Shown here: in pieces, positions 9,265 through 20,614 of the stretch
Numbering within the stretch: the stretch's first letter is position 1
Layout of the letters: each line of letters starts with the position of its first letter
Origin: Candidatus Binatia bacterium
GTDB lineage: Bacteria; Desulfobacterota; Binatia; Bin18
Length of the DNA stretch: 64,000 bases
Reading direction: 5' to 3'
Assembly (NCBI GenBank): GCA_963664395.2
Contig: OY761159.2
Span: forward strand, 1,920,001 to 1,984,000
Program-made: the position numbers and the translations under genes
Notes under the pieces: generated by a model
Told to the model about the DNA's origin: nothing
Database searches by the model: none
What the model saw: the letters and a program-made list of their open reading frames with translations, nothing else

Positions 9265-10140
9265 ATGAAGCCGCCCCCGTTTGCCTATCACGCGCCAGCT
9301 CACCTCGAAGACACCTTCGATCTTCTGGAGCGCTATGGAGACGACGCAAAGGTGTTGGCAGGCGGGCAGAGTCTGATGCCTTTGCTGAATTTCCGGCTGA
9401 GTTATCCGTCCGCGTTAATTGATATTAACCACGTGGTGGACCTGTCGCACCTTCAGCAAAAAGATGGGCAGATCCGCATTGGTGCGTTGACCCGACAGAG
9501 AACGATTGAGTTTTCGGAACTGGTACGTCGCCGGCTTCCGCTGCTGTATGAGGCAACCACGTTGGTCGGGCATCTGCCCATTCGTACACGCGGCACCATA
9601 GGCGGCAGCCTGGCCCATGCTGACCCCGCCGCGGAGTATCCAACTGTCGCCCTGGTTTTAGACGCTGAACTGGTCCTTCAGGGGCCGAGTGGACAGCGAC
9701 GTATCTCGGCTGAAGAATTTTTCGTGAGCTATCTGACAACTGCCCTCGCTCCAAACGAAGTCTTAACTGAAATCTGCTTTTCACCCTTCCCGCTGACAAG
9801 CGGCTGGGCGTTTGAAGAGTTTTCCCGGCGGCATGGAGATTTTGCCGTTGTTGGCGTGGCAGGAGTGATTGATACGGATGGCGAGCAGTGTCGGACCGCG
9901 CGTCTGGCCGCCGCTGGAGTCGGGCCAACCCCAATCCGCCTGCGTGCCGCAGAGGACATTCTGGTACAGGAGGGCGTCACTGAACAGAGCATTCAGCGGG
10001 CGGCAGCCAAAGCAGCCGAACTCGTCGAACCGGATAGCGATATCCACGCCTCAGCCGATTTTCGGCGGCACTTAACCCAGGTGCTGGCCCGGCGGGCGAT
10101 TCAGCGGGCACTTGAGCGCGGCCAGGAGCGTAGGGCATGA
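9265..10140 (+). CDS. Xanthine dehydrogenase/CoxM-family FAD-binding subunit
   Basis: MKPPPFAY, LAGGQSL, TIGGSLAHADP, RRHGDFA. Confidence 0.93.
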   Translation: MKPPPFAYHAPAHLEDTFDLLERYGDDAKVLAGGQSLMPLLNFRLSYPSALIDINHVVDLSHLQQKDGQIRIGALTRQRTIEFSELVRRRLPLLYEATTLVGHLPIRTRGTIGGSLAHADPAAEYPTVALVLDAELVLQGPSGQRRISAEEFFVSYLTTALAPNEVLTEICFSPFPLTSGWAFEEFSRRHGDFAVVGVAGVIDTDGEQCRTARLAAAGVGPTPIRLRAAEDILVQEGVTEQSIQRAAAKAAELVEPDSDIHASADFRRHLTQVLARRAIQRALERGQERRA

Positions 10141-12139
10141 GCGAGCCGAACGAGCACAGCCAAGCCAGACCGATCACCCGCTGCCGACCGTGGCCAACGC
10201 GCAGGACGCAGCCCAGCCCGACGCGCCCGTGCTGCATGATGAGGCCGGGAGTAATGTCCTCTTGTCGCGCGAATTTGCCCGAGGCGATGTTGATACGGCG
10301 CTGGCAGGCGCGGCGGTGCGAGTGCGTGATCGTTTCCGTTTTCGGCGTCATGCCGCAGTGTGCATGGAAAATCGTGGCTGTCTGGCTGACTATCATGCCG
10401 GTACGAGTGAGCTCACGCTGCGCTCCGCCACCCAATGTCCGGGCTTGCTCCGCGACGCCTTGGCTGACCTGTTGGATATGCCCGAGCATTGCATTCGCGT
10501 GGTCGCCGCTGACGTGGGGGGCGGGTTTGGGGCAAAGTCTTCACTCTATCCTGAAGAGATTACCCTGTGCGCAGTCGCCCGACTGCTGGAACGGCCAGTG
10601 AAATGGATTAGCGACCGGCAAGAAGACCTCATGACTTCGACGCAGGCCTGGGATGAAATCGTGGATGCCGAATTGGGCCTCCAGGCCGACGGCAGCATTA
10701 TCGGTCTCAGAGCAGACGTTATAACGGATATTGGCGCGTACTCAATTTATCCCTGGACGGCCACGGTTGAGCCGATCCAGACCATCAGCTTTCTGTCCGG
10801 CCCGTACCGGATGCCACACTACCGGGGACGCAATCGCGGGGTGGCCACGTGTAAGGCACCGATGGGACCGTATCGTGGGGTGGGGCGTCCGATTACCACC
10901 TTTGTGCTGGAAAGTTTGATGGACCGGGCAGCGCGCCGGCTGGCTCTGGACCCAGCCGAACTGCGGCTCAAGAACTATATCCGGGCCGACGAATTTCCAT
11001 ACAAAACACCGTCCGGCATTGTGTGGGATCAGGCCAGCCTGACCGAGTGCATGCAAAAGGCGCGGGACGTGCTGGATGCTGACACGACCACACGCTGGCG
11101 CACGCAGGCCCGCGCCGCGGGGCGCTGGGTCGGTATTGGCTTTGCCACCTATATTGAACTGACCGGGGTTGGGTCGGCTATTCCAGTCTCGCCGGGTATG
11201 CCGATTGCGACCGGGACGGAGGCCGCATTCCTTCGCGTCGATCCTGCCGGGACCGTCACTGCAACATTCAGCGTTGCCCCTCAAGGCCAGGGCCATGAGA
11301 CGACGCTGGCTCAGGTTGTGGCGGATGCGCTGGGCGTTTCCTTCGACAGCGTTCGGGTGATATGCGGCGACACCGCACTCGCACCCCACGGGACGGGAAC
11401 GTACGCCAGCCGAAGCGCCGTGTTGGCAGGTGGCGCGGCCATACGGGCAGGGCAGACGCTCAAAGAAAAGGCGCTGAAGATTGCCGGCCACATGCTGGAG
11501 TGCAATCCGGCTGATCTGGACATCCAGGACGGCCAGGTTTTCATCCGCGACAAGCCGGAACGCCGTCTGCCCTTCCGTGATGTCGCGAAGACGGCCTATG
11601 CCGGTCTGCGGCGGCTGCCCAAAGACATGGAACCGGGGCTGGAGGTCACCCGCTTCTACGATCCGTTCTTTGGGACGGCTTCAAGCGCCACCCACGTTGC
11701 GGTCGTGGAGGTCGATACCGAGACGTATGCCGTCACAATCAAGCGCTATATTGTGGTGGAGGATTGCGGCCGGATCATTAATCCGCTGATCGTTGAGGGC
11801 CAGGTGCGCGGCGGCGTGGCCCAGGGCATTGGGGCCGCGTTGTACGAAGAAGTGGTGTACGACGACGCAGGTCAACTGCTGACCGGCTCGCTGGTGGACT
11901 ACCTCGTCCCAACCGCCTCCGAACTCCTGCCCATAGAAGTCCATCACATCGAGACGCCCTCCCCCACCACGCTGGGCGGATTTCGCGGCATGGGAGAGGG
12001 CGGCACCATCGGCGCTCCGGCCGCGATTGCCAATGCGGTCTCCGACGCCCTGTCTCACTTGGGCATAGAGATCAATGAGATTCCGATTACCCCGGAGAAA
12101 TTGTTTCGGCTGGTGCGGGCGGCGGCCGACGAGCGTTAG
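10137..12139 (+). pseudogene. Deletion-fused remnant: first 14 codons of a probable 2Fe-2S small subunit joined out of frame to an N-terminally truncated CoxL-family Mo-binding subunit
   Basis: ATGA-coupled ATG at 10137 gives MSEPNEHSQARPIT. Large-subunit similarity starts only at about 10178 (PLPTV...APVLH) in another frame, and the hammerhead domain is absent. Remaining motifs: VGGGFGAK, PYRGVGR, GQGHET, GMGEGG. Confidence 0.75.
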
Positions 12140-12161
12140 TCTTCTTCCAAAGACTTTAGCA

Positions 12162-12920
12162 TTACGTCCTCGTATACGAAGCGCCATTCACATCGACAAT
12201 GGTCCCGGTTGCAAAATTTGCTTCGCCTGACGCGAGAAAGGCGACCATGGCGGCCACCTCTTCAGGCTTGCCCACTCGGCCAAGTGGGCTCTGCTGACGG
12301 ATGGCTTCACCGCGAGGACTGGCAAGAATGGAGGCGGACATATCGGTTTCCACAAAGCCGGGCGCGACCACATACACAAAGATGTTATGCGGAGCGAAGG
12401 CCTGGGCCAGCGATTGGCTCATGGCATTGAGGGCAGCCTTACTCGCCGCGTAGGCCGGCGCTTTGGGCGTTCCCCGAAAAGCGCCCCGGGAGGAGATGTT
12501 CACTATTTGCCCGCCACCGTGCTCTACCATATGCCGGGCGGCCCAGAACATGACATTGGCCGGGCCGACCAGATTGGTATTGAGCGAGCGCTGCCACACG
12601 TCGTTCCATACATCATAGTCAACGCGGAGCGGCGGCTGCCACTCGTTGATGGCGGCGTTGTTCACAACAATCCGGAGGCCGCCCATCCGGCTGATTACCG
12701 CTGACATCAGCGCTTCTACGGCTTTTGCGTCGGCAAGGTCGGCTTGAAAGATATGATGAGCGCCGTCAGGTAAGGTCGCCAGGGTGTGCTCGGCGGCTGC
12801 CTGGTTTTGGTTGTAATGGATGGCGATACGCGCCCCCTCTTGGGCCAGTTTGAGCGCAACGGCTCGACCGATACCCCGTGACGCGCCCGTCACGAGTGCT
12901 ACTTGCTCCGATATCGCCAT
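12162..12920 (-). CDS. SDR family oxidoreductase (FabG-like)
   Basis: TGASRGIG, NNAA, YAASK; start at MAISEQ after a GGAG RBS. Confidence 0.9.
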   Translation of the reverse strand: MAISEQVALVTGASRGIGRAVALKLAQEGARIAIHYNQNQAAAEHTLATLPDGAHHIFQADLADAKAVEALMSAVISRMGGLRIVVNNAAINEWQPPLRVDYDVWNDVWQRSLNTNLVGPANVMFWAARHMVEHGGGQIVNISSRGAFRGTPKAPAYAASKAALNAMSQSLAQAFAPHNIFVYVVAPGFVETDMSASILASPRGEAIRQQSPLGRVGKPEEVAAMVAFLASGEANFATGTIVDVNGASYTRT

Positions 12921-12939
12921 ACGCCTCTCTCCTTGTGTG

Positions 12940-14013
12940 CTATGCGGCTTGTGTCTCACGCTCAGCCACAAGCGCCCGGATTCTCGGGATGAGCTCTTGG
13001 CCAAATTCCGTTACGTCATTAAACGGGTCAAATCCACGGATGAGCACACCGCGCATGCCCAAGTCGTAATAGGCGGCGATGGATTCTGCGACTTGCTCAG
13101 GAGTCCCGACCAAGGCCGTGGTATTACCGCTTGCCCCGGAGATCTTCACAAGGCCCATCCACAGGCGTTCATCATAGACCTCTTGCTCGTCAGCCAACTG
13201 GGTCAGGCGACGGCTAAACTCGGCTTCGACCTTGAGAGGTAATCGAGGGCGAGACTCTTCTAAACGAGCCAGGATGCCACGCGCTTTGTCCCACGCTGCT
13301 CCCTCAGTCGGCGCGATAATCGGTCGGAGAGACACATTAAAACGGGGCTGGCGGTTATACCGTGCCGCTGCTGCGGAGATACGGTCTAGCATGGCTTTCA
13401 CCGAGGCGCGTGGCTCGCCAAAGAGGGCATACACATCAGCATGCCTGGCTCCAACCTGAATCGCAGCATCAGAGGCCCCACCAAAATAGATGGGTACATG
13501 GGGCTGCTGGGCGGAGCGGACTTCAGAGAAAGCTTTCTTGACTGAGTAATAGCGTCCCTCAAAGTTGAATGGCTTGTCAGCCGTCCACATCCGGCGCAGG
13601 ATCTCCAGATATTCTTCTGTCCGTACATAGCGCTCATCATGACTGAGCCAGTCACCGTCACGTTGTTGCTCAGCATCGGCCGTACCCGAAATGATGTGGA
13701 GCCACAGCCGTCCGCCGGTCAGCGTATCGCACGTGGCAGCCGTCCGCGCGGCGAGGGTCGGCATGACAAAGCCAGGACGGTGGGCGACGAGGAAGTTGAG
13801 CTGTTCGGTGTAGGCGGCAGCGTATTGTGCAACCTGAAAGCCTTCGGCAGAGGAAGACGTGTAGCCGACTAATACGGAGTCAAAACCGGCGCGCTCATGC
13901 GCCTGGGCAAAACGGCGGAGGTATTCTCGATCAATACCACCCCCAATGACGTGCACCGTGGCTCCACCACCCGGTGGGGCCACGCCGATCATACCAAGAA
14001 TATTCATGGGCAT
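12940..14013 (-). CDS. LLM-class flavin-dependent monooxygenase, alkanesulfonate monooxygenase (SsuD)-like
   Basis: FLVAHRPGF, IYFGGAS, GNTTALVGTPEQVA. Confidence 0.85.
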   Translation of the reverse strand: MPMNILGMIGVAPPGGGATVHVIGGGIDREYLRRFAQAHERAGFDSVLVGYTSSSAEGFQVAQYAAAYTEQLNFLVAHRPGFVMPTLAARTAATCDTLTGGRLWLHIISGTADAEQQRDGDWLSHDERYVRTEEYLEILRRMWTADKPFNFEGRYYSVKKAFSEVRSAQQPHVPIYFGGASDAAIQVGARHADVYALFGEPRASVKAMLDRISAAAARYNRQPRFNVSLRPIIAPTEGAAWDKARGILARLEESRPRLPLKVEAEFSRRLTQLADEQEVYDERLWMGLVKISGASGNTTALVGTPEQVAESIAAYYDLGMRGVLIRGFDPFNDVTEFGQELIPRIRALVAERETQAA

Positions 14014-14112
14014 ACGACACCCCTTACTTCGTCTATGCTTTCTTTGATAGTTCTCTTCCGGGTGCTGGAGGGCGCTAAGGCCACAAACCGCCAATGGCGC
14101 TGTCCTATTGTG

Positions 14113-14958
14113 TTAATCCCGCTCAGCAACCCAACGGACCATAGCCCGAAATTTTTCCGCTCCGTCCTTGAGTGTGACTGCAACATCGGTGAGGTCGTCG
14201 TAGTAGCTTGTCTCAGAGTTTTCTTCTAATGCCAGGCCGGCCCGGTAGCTGTCGAGCGCCCCGCGTTCGAGCAGGTTCTTATAACGTTTCACCATTACCG
14301 GGTGGTTCTGCGACATGAGCCGGGCGATGTTCAGACTCTCACGATCAAGTTCTTCGTTGGTTGCGAATATACGTTGTACCAGCCCCCAGTTGAAGGCGAG
14401 TTGGGCGTCGATCGGATACGCTGCCATTGTTGCCAGCTTAGCGTTGTTCATACCACACACCTGGGCAAGCCGCTGTGAAATGCGCCGTCCAGGGTGTACG
14501 CCGTATTTGGCGTGATTGTCCATAAAAACCGCCCGCTCTGAGGCAAGAAGCACGTCGCAACACAGCGCGATTTCAAAACCACCCGTCACCGTTGGACCAT
14601 TGACCGCACCAATGATCGGAAAGGGACACTCCCACATTGCCCGAAACGGATCGCCGGCAGGCGTGATGCCCCCTTTCAGATACTCATCGAGCTTTCCGAT
14701 ATCGAGCCCAACGGTGAACGCACGGCCCTCGGCGCGTAATATTACGGCTCGGACTCTGTCGTTATTCGGGTCAGGATTGCGCAGGGCAGTAATGCCGTCG
14801 AAGGCTGCTGCGATAGCCCGCATAAAGCCACTGCTGAGTACGTTGAACTCCTGCGGATTATTCATTGTGACGACAAAGAGTCCCTCGCCTCCATTCACTT
14901 CGTCTACGAGGACGCTCTCGTTGTCGCCGTAGCTGGCAATGCGTGTTCGATCGGTCAT
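14113..14958 (-). CDS. Enoyl-CoA hydratase/isomerase (crotonase) family protein
   Basis: AFTVGLDI, PIIGAVNG..VTGGFEIAL.CD; start set after a GGAGG RBS. Confidence 0.85.
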   Translation of the reverse strand: MTDRTRIASYGDNESVLVDEVNGGEGLFVVTMNNPQEFNVLSSGFMRAIAAAFDGITALRNPDPNNDRVRAVILRAEGRAFTVGLDIGKLDEYLKGGITPAGDPFRAMWECPFPIIGAVNGPTVTGGFEIALCCDVLLASERAVFMDNHAKYGVHPGRRISQRLAQVCGMNNAKLATMAAYPIDAQLAFNWGLVQRIFATNEELDRESLNIARLMSQNHPVMVKRYKNLLERGALDSYRAGLALEENSETSYYDDLTDVAVTLKDGAEKFRAMVRWVAERD

Positions 14959-15131
14959 TTCATCACCTCCTGCTTCCTGCAGATAATCGGCCCAAAGTTT
15001 TGGTCCCAGCGTGGAAATCTGAGTTGTAGAGGGAATCGGAGAGACGGAAAAGCCCGGATATCCATCAACGGCAGGGACATGGGCCGTGGCATACGGGTTA
15101 GACACATCAGGGGAGGCAGGGTATTGCATTA

Positions 15132-15162
15132 GGGATTAGGGGTTGGGGGTTAGGGGTTGGGG
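15132..15162. repeat. Heptamer tandem repeat (GGTT[A/G]GG)
   Basis: gattagg ggttggg ggttagg ggttggg upstream of mrpA; reverse complement of the repeat type at 5423. Confidence 0.6.
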
Positions 15163-15210
15163 ACTCATGGCCCTTGCTAAGTCTACTCTGCAATCAGTAA
15201 GCATGGAGAT

Positions 15211-17967
15211 GTGAACGGCGTGCCTGGATTCCTGCTCATCAGCCTGATTCTCCTGCCGTTACTCGGCTCGCTGGTGGCCTGGCCGGAGCGGTGGCGCCAG
15301 CGTCTGGCGCCGGCCTATAGCCTCGTTCCGATTCTTCAACTGCTGATCGTCATCTCATTCTGGACAACGGTCCAGGCCGGAGAGGGGATTCAGTGCTCCT
15401 GGCCGTGGGCGCCGAGCCTGGGGCTGTATCTGAGTTTTTCCCTGGACGGACTGAGCTGGCTCTTCACCGGTCTGATCTCGGGTGTGGGTGTGCTCGTTTT
15501 CGTCTATGCCACGTTCTACATGTCCGACGACCCCACTCTGTCCCGCTTATACCGTTTGCTGCTCTTGTTTAACGCCGCCATGATGGGCGTTGTTCTCGCC
15601 GACAATCTGGTCTTGTTGCTGGTATTCTGGGAATTGACGAGCGTCTCGTCTTTTCTGCTCATCGGTTTCCGCTCACACCGGGCCGCGGCGTGTGAAGGCG
15701 CGAGTAAGGCGTTTGGTCTGACTGCGATTGGCGGCCTGGTCATGCTGTTCGGCATTTTGTCGGTGTATGCCGAGCACGGGACCTTCGAGCTATCGGTCCT
15801 TCTTTCAAATTCCGCCTCCATATCTACGACAGCAGGGCTGTGCTTCTTAGTTGGTGCTTTCGCCAAGTCGGCCCAGTTTCCGTTCCATATCTGGTTACCG
15901 TCGGCCATGGAGGCACCGACCCCGGTGAGTGCCTACCTGCATGCCGCCACGATGGTCAAAGCCGGGCTGTATCTGATCGCTCGGCTGACGCCGTTGTTTG
16001 TCGACGATCCAACCTGGTCTGCCACGGTTACCAGTGTCGGTACAGTCACCCTGGTGTGGGGAGGCGTGTTAGCCTGCAAGCAGGTCGATCTCAAAGCCCT
16101 GCTTGCCAACTCAACCGTGAGCCAGTTGGGTTTGATCGTTCTCCTCCTCGGCCTGCAAACCGAGACGGCCCTCTTTGCGGCCGTACTGCATATTCTCAAC
16201 CACGCGGCGTTTAAGGGCGCGTTGTTTTTAACGGCCGGGACGGTCGAGCATGAAACGGGGACACGCGACCTCCGTCAGCTTGGCGGCCTGCGTGCCCTCA
16301 TACCGACCTTAACGGTGGCGGCGACATTAGCGTCACTGTCTATGGCCGGCCTGCCGCCTTTGGGCGGTTTTATCAGTAAAGAATTATTCTATGAGGGCGT
16401 CCTCGAAGTTGGCCCGCTCCTCACCATACTGGCCGTCACAGCCAGTTGTCTGACTTTTTTGTATTCTTTTATTTTCTTTCATGGGACGTTTTTCGCCCCG
16501 GCCTTACATCCACACCGGCAGCAGTCTCACGCGGAGCACCCCTCAGCGGTTGGTCTGTTCGTGCCCATTGTCATCCTGAGTGGCTTGGCCGTGATATTCG
16601 GGCTGGTCCCCAGTCTGGCTGAAGCACTGGTTACCCCAGCTTTTACCGTTATTCACGGTGCTCCACCCCAGTTTCATCTTGCCCTATGGCATGGCCCGAC
16701 TCCGGCCCTGGGGTTGAGCATCATTACTATTGCCATTGGTGGCAGCGCCTTTTTGCTGCGGCAGCGTTTTCTTCAGGCCGTACGCGAGCGCCAGGCCGCG
16801 TATTCGTTCAACCGGCTGTACGCAGACAGTCTCGACGGCTTCACCCGACTCTTCAAATGGACGCGGGCGCTGTACATGACCGGCTCGGTGACCGACTATG
16901 TCCGCTATCTCTTAGTCGCCCTCATTGTAGGGCTGAGTATTCCCTTATGGCATTTCTTTGAGGTGACGCCGCTCCGGGTGGACCTGGGTGGCCTGGTTCT
17001 CCCGGAATACTATGAGCTGGGGCTGGCCGGGCTGATGGTGGTCGCTGGGGTCATGTGCTGCCGGGCCCACTCGCGTATTGTCCTCGTGCTGACGCTCAGT
17101 CTGGTCGGCGCGCTTATGTCGATTTTCTTCATACTCTTCAGCGCGCCGGACCTGGCCTTAACCCAGGTCCTGGTAGAAGCGGTCGGCCTCGTCCTGTTTC
17201 TCCTGGTCCTGCGTTACTTCTCGATCATGGTCGTTGCCCCTCAGCCACACCTAGCATATGCGCGTGGGCTCAATATCGGGATTAGCGTGGGTACGGGTCT
17301 CCTGGTCAGCGGGCTGCTTTTTGCTGCGACTGTCGGCCCCTCGCTCCCCTCCTCTATTCCGTCCTACTATCTGTCGAACAGTTATCTCCTGGCCGGTGGA
17401 CAAAACGTGGTCAACGTTATCCTGGTTGATTTTCGTGGCTTTGATACTATGGGGGAGATTACGGTATTCAGCGTTGCCGTCTTTGGTGTCCTTGCCCTGG
17501 TTGAGCTGGGCGTCCGTGGGCAGCAGCCCTTGGGAACCATTTTTATTGTTTCCTTCCCCTCGCCTATTCTGCAGTCGTTTGCCCGGCTCACCCTCCATCT
17601 CATGCTGGTCTTTGCCATCTATTTGTTGCTGCGCGGCCACAATGCGCCGGGTGGCGGGTTTATCGCCGGCGTGCTCACCGCAGTGGCGATGACGTTTCAG
17701 ATGATGGCTTTTCATGTGGAATCCTTCTCACAGGAAATGCCCTGGAATCCGCTCCGCATGGTCGTGGGCGGACTCCTGCTGGCTGCTGGTACCGGCCTTG
17801 GGTCTTTACTCGTTGGCCATCCATTTCTGACCAGTGCGATTGGCCATTACACCTTTCCGCTGCTCGGTGAGGTTGAACTTGTCACAGCCATGGGTTTTGA
17901 CATTGGTGTATACTTGGTCGTGGTCGGGACCTCGCTTGGCATTATTCGCACCATTGCTGAGGATTAA
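15211..17967 (+). CDS. mrpA: Mrp Na+/H+ antiporter subunit A with fused B domain
   Basis: NuoL-like [31 protein letters not shown]; MrpB part [15 protein letters not shown] and GHNAPGGGF. Confidence 0.95.
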   Translation: MNGVPGFLLISLILLPLLGSLVAWPERWRQRLAPAYSLVPILQLLIVISFWTTVQAGEGIQCSWPWAPSLGLYLSFSLDGLSWLFTGLISGVGVLVFVYATFYMSDDPTLSRLYRLLLLFNAAMMGVVLADNLVLLLVFWELTSVSSFLLIGFRSHRAAACEGASKAFGLTAIGGLVMLFGILSVYAEHGTFELSVLLSNSASISTTAGLCFLVGAFAKSAQFPFHIWLPSAMEAPTPVSAYLHAATMVKAGLYLIARLTPLFVDDPTWSATVTSVGTVTLVWGGVLACKQVDLKALLANSTVSQLGLIVLLLGLQTETALFAAVLHILNHAAFKGALFLTAGTVEHETGTRDLRQLGGLRALIPTLTVAATLASLSMAGLPPLGGFISKELFYEGVLEVGPLLTILAVTASCLTFLYSFIFFHGTFFAPALHPHRQQSHAEHPSAVGLFVPIVILSGLAVIFGLVPSLAEALVTPAFTVIHGAPPQFHLALWHGPTPALGLSIITIAIGGSAFLLRQRFLQAVRERQAAYSFNRLYADSLDGFTRLFKWTRALYMTGSVTDYVRYLLVALIVGLSIPLWHFFEVTPLRVDLGGLVLPEYYELGLAGLMVVAGVMCCRAHSRIVLVLTLSLVGALMSIFFILFSAPDLALTQVLVEAVGLVLFLLVLRYFSIMVVAPQPHLAYARGLNIGISVGTGLLVSGLLFAATVGPSLPSSIPSYYLSNSYLLAGGQNVVNVILVDFRGFDTMGEITVFSVAVFGVLALVELGVRGQQPLGTIFIVSFPSPILQSFARLTLHLMLVFAIYLLLRGHNAPGGGFIAGVLTAVAMTFQMMAFHVESFSQEMPWNPLRMVVGGLLLAAGTGLGSLLVGHPFLTSAIGHYTFPLLGEVELVTAMGFDIGVYLVVVGTSLGIIRTIAED

Positions 17968-17970
17968 CGC

Positions 17971-18303
17971 GTGGAATTCATGATTATCAGCGTGATCGGC
18001 GTCCTCTTTGGCTGTGGGACGTATTTGATCTTGCAGCGGCATTTATTGCGGGTGGTCGTTGGCTTGTCGTTGTACTCACACGGGGCCAATCTCGCACTCA
18101 TGGTCTCAGGAGGTCTGAAGCGGGGCAATCCGCCGCTGCTCACGACCGAGGCACCCTACGTTGATCCGCTCCCCCAGGCATTAGTCCTGACCGCGATTGT
18201 CATCGGTTTTGGCATGACGGCGTTTGCCACGGTCTTAGCCTTTCGAGTCAAACAAGTGTATGGGTCGGATGCAGTTGATGAATTGGCTGGGGGAGAAGAG
18301 TAG
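17971..18303 (+). CDS. mrpC: Mrp antiporter subunit C
   Basis: DPLPQALVLTAIVIGFG. Confidence 0.95.
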   Translation: MEFMIISVIGVLFGCGTYLILQRHLLRVVVGLSLYSHGANLALMVSGGLKRGNPPLLTTEAPYVDPLPQALVLTAIVIGFGMTAFATVLAFRVKQVYGSDAVDELAGGEE

Positions 18304-18305
18304 CC

Positions 18306-19808
18306 ATGCCTCCAGACTTTTTCGTCCTCTTTATTATCGGCCCGGTTGTCACGGCGGCCTTGTTAGCCGCCTTTCATAAACGAGACATGTTTCAGCGTGT
18401 GGTGAGCCTCAGCGTCAGTCTGGGGCTGTGGGGGCTGTCGGTCGTGGGTCTGCTCTCTCTCCTGCAAAATGGCCAGCAGGGGATTGTCGTGCTGCGGATG
18501 GGCAATTGGGCAGCGCCCTACGGCATTATCCTGGTTGCCGACGTGCTGAGTATGACCATGGTCGTCCTGACCATGACGGTTGCGGTTGCCGTGGTGGCCT
18601 TCTCGCTGCGCACGGTTGAGCAAGCGCATCAGGAGTATTTTTATTACCCGCTCTTCTTTATTCTCATCATGGGCGTGAACGGCGCCTTTCTCACTGGAGA
18701 CTTATTCAACCTGTTTGTCTTTTTCGAGGTTCTGCTGATCGCGTCGTTTGCGCTCATGGCCCTGGGCTCACAACCCGGCCAACTGCGAGAGACGGTCAAA
18801 TACGTAGTCATCAACCTGATCGCCTCGACCTTTTTTCTGATCAGCCTGGCCGTGCTGTATCGGACGATGGGCACGCTCAATATGGCGGACCTGGCCTATA
18901 AGATTCAGATGACGTCCGGGGAGTTGGACCCAACGCTGACCATTCTGTCCCTGATCTTCTTGTTTGTGTTTGGCACCAAGGCGGCAATCTTTCCACTCTA
19001 TTTTTGGCTGCCCGGACCGTATTTCCAGCCCTCAGCCGGACTGAGTGCGTTTTTTGGTGGGATTCTGACCAAGGTGGGCGTGTATGCCATCTTCCGCACC
19101 TTTACGCTGATCTTCCGGCATGACCCGTCTACTACCCATGAACTCCTGCTTATTCTGGCGGCCCTGACTATATTACTGGGCGTCTTTGGCGCACTGTCCC
19201 AGATGGATATGAAGCGCATTTTGTCCTACCACATCATCAGTCAGATCGGCTATCTCATTCTGGGCATAGGCTTGTTTACGCCGCAGGCCTTGGCCGGTGC
19301 CCTGTTTTATATGGTGCCGTACGTACTGGCGAAGTCTGCCCTCTTCTTGATTGCCGGCGTCGTGCAGGAAGCAACCGGCTCGACCCACCTCAAAGCGGTG
19401 GGGGGTCTGCAATCCCACTCAACACCCTTGAGTGTTCTCTTTTTACTGGCGGCCTTGAGCCTTGCCGGTATTCCTCCGTTAGCCGGGTTTTTCAGTAAGT
19501 TTATCGTGTTGCAGGCAGGTATGGAGAGTGGTCGCTACGGCTATGTGGGAATCGGGCTCTTGGGCGGCCTGCTGACGCTGGCCTCCATGCTCAAAATCTG
19601 GAATGGTATCTTCTGGGGCGAAGAAACAGGCGACCGCCGGCCAGTGTCGCTCCAACCACTCTTCCCCGGTGTTGTCCTGCTCGTCTTTTTTATTGTTGGG
19701 ATCGGGTTATTTCCGGGCGTACTGTATAGTGTGGCTCAGGTAGCCGCCGCACAAGTCTACGATCCTCGGGTGTATATCACTGCGGTCTTGGGACCGGATG
19801 TCTTTTAA
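18306..19808 (+). CDS. mrpD: Mrp antiporter subunit D
   Basis: GNWAAPYGI, GAFLTGDLFNLFVFFEV, LTKVGVY. Confidence 0.95.
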   Translation: MPPDFFVLFIIGPVVTAALLAAFHKRDMFQRVVSLSVSLGLWGLSVVGLLSLLQNGQQGIVVLRMGNWAAPYGIILVADVLSMTMVVLTMTVAVAVVAFSLRTVEQAHQEYFYYPLFFILIMGVNGAFLTGDLFNLFVFFEVLLIASFALMALGSQPGQLRETVKYVVINLIASTFFLISLAVLYRTMGTLNMADLAYKIQMTSGELDPTLTILSLIFLFVFGTKAAIFPLYFWLPGPYFQPSAGLSAFFGGILTKVGVYAIFRTFTLIFRHDPSTTHELLLILAALTILLGVFGALSQMDMKRILSYHIISQIGYLILGIGLFTPQALAGALFYMVPYVLAKSALFLIAGVVQEATGSTHLKAVGGLQSHSTPLSVLFLLAALSLAGIPPLAGFFSKFIVLQAGMESGRYGYVGIGLLGGLLTLASMLKIWNGIFWGEETGDRRPVSLQPLFPGVVLLVFFIVGIGLFPGVLYSVAQVAAAQVYDPRVYITAVLGPDVF

Positions 19809-19835
19809 TGCGTAGTTGATTGAGAGCCCTCATTT

Positions 19836-20315
19836 ATGGTGACTCGTCTTTTTTTCAATATCAGCCTGGCTTTCGCCTGGTGCTTGCTGCAAGACGAGAT
19901 ATCCGTGCGGCAGTTCGTGATCGGCTTTCTGGTCGGCCTCCTGGTCATGCTGTCCTTCCCACGCTCCTTTCACCAAGAGCGTCGCTATTTCCGCAAGGTC
20001 ACGCTCAGCCTGCAACTCGTCGTCTTCTTTGTGAAGGAACTCCTGATTGCCAATTGGATAGTGGTCAGACAGGTTCTGGCTCTTGAACTCAAAATACAGT
20101 CTGGCATTGTTGCCTACCCGCTGTCCTTGCAGAACGATGTGCTGATTACCTTGCTGGCGAATATGATCACCCTGACGCCGGGAACGCTGTCGGTTGAGGT
20201 GAGTCCGGATCGGCAGTTTTTATTTATTCACTTTCTCGATGTCGATGATGTGGAGGAAGAAATCCGTATCATTAAAGACGGATTTGAACGCTATCTCTTG
20301 CTCATTGCCCAATGA
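19836..20315 (+). CDS. mrpE: Mrp antiporter subunit E
   Basis: LANMITLTPGTLSV. Confidence 0.95.
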   Translation: MVTRLFFNISLAFAWCLLQDEISVRQFVIGFLVGLLVMLSFPRSFHQERRYFRKVTLSLQLVVFFVKELLIANWIVVRQVLALELKIQSGIVAYPLSLQNDVLITLLANMITLTPGTLSVEVSPDRQFLFIHFLDVDDVEEEIRIIKDGFERYLLLIAQ

Positions 20316-20614
20316 TTACGCCATTTGTTTCCGTTGTCGTGTTAGTCGGAATCACGCTCTCGATCTTACTCAGTGCGTATCGCGTGCTGCATGGACCCAC
20401 GGTTCCCGACCGGGTTGTGGCCCTCGATAATATTTCGATCAATCTGGTTGCCGCTATTATTGTTATTTCGATCCGGGCTCAGAGTGCGATGTATATCGAC
20501 GTTGCCCTGGTGCTCGCCATTCTCTCATTTTTAGGAACAGTCGCAGCAGCCAAATATCTGCTGAGAGGAACGGTTATTGATGGAAGTCCCTTACACACTC
20601 GACGTCCTCGTTAG
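20312..20614 (+). CDS. mrpF: Mrp antiporter subunit F
   Basis: GPTVPDRVVALD, FLGTVA.AKY. Confidence 0.93.
   Translation: MITPFVSVVVLVGITLSILLSAYRVLHGPTVPDRVVALDNISINLVAAIIVISIRAQSAMYIDVALVLAILSFLGTVAAAKYLLRGTVIDGSPLHTRRPR

Noticed and set aside
9265-12139. True aerobic CO dehydrogenase (form I coxMSL)
   Set aside because: The active-site loop is PYRGVGR, not AYxCSFR, and the locus is deleted. The second locus has AYRAPG, so it is not form I CODH either.
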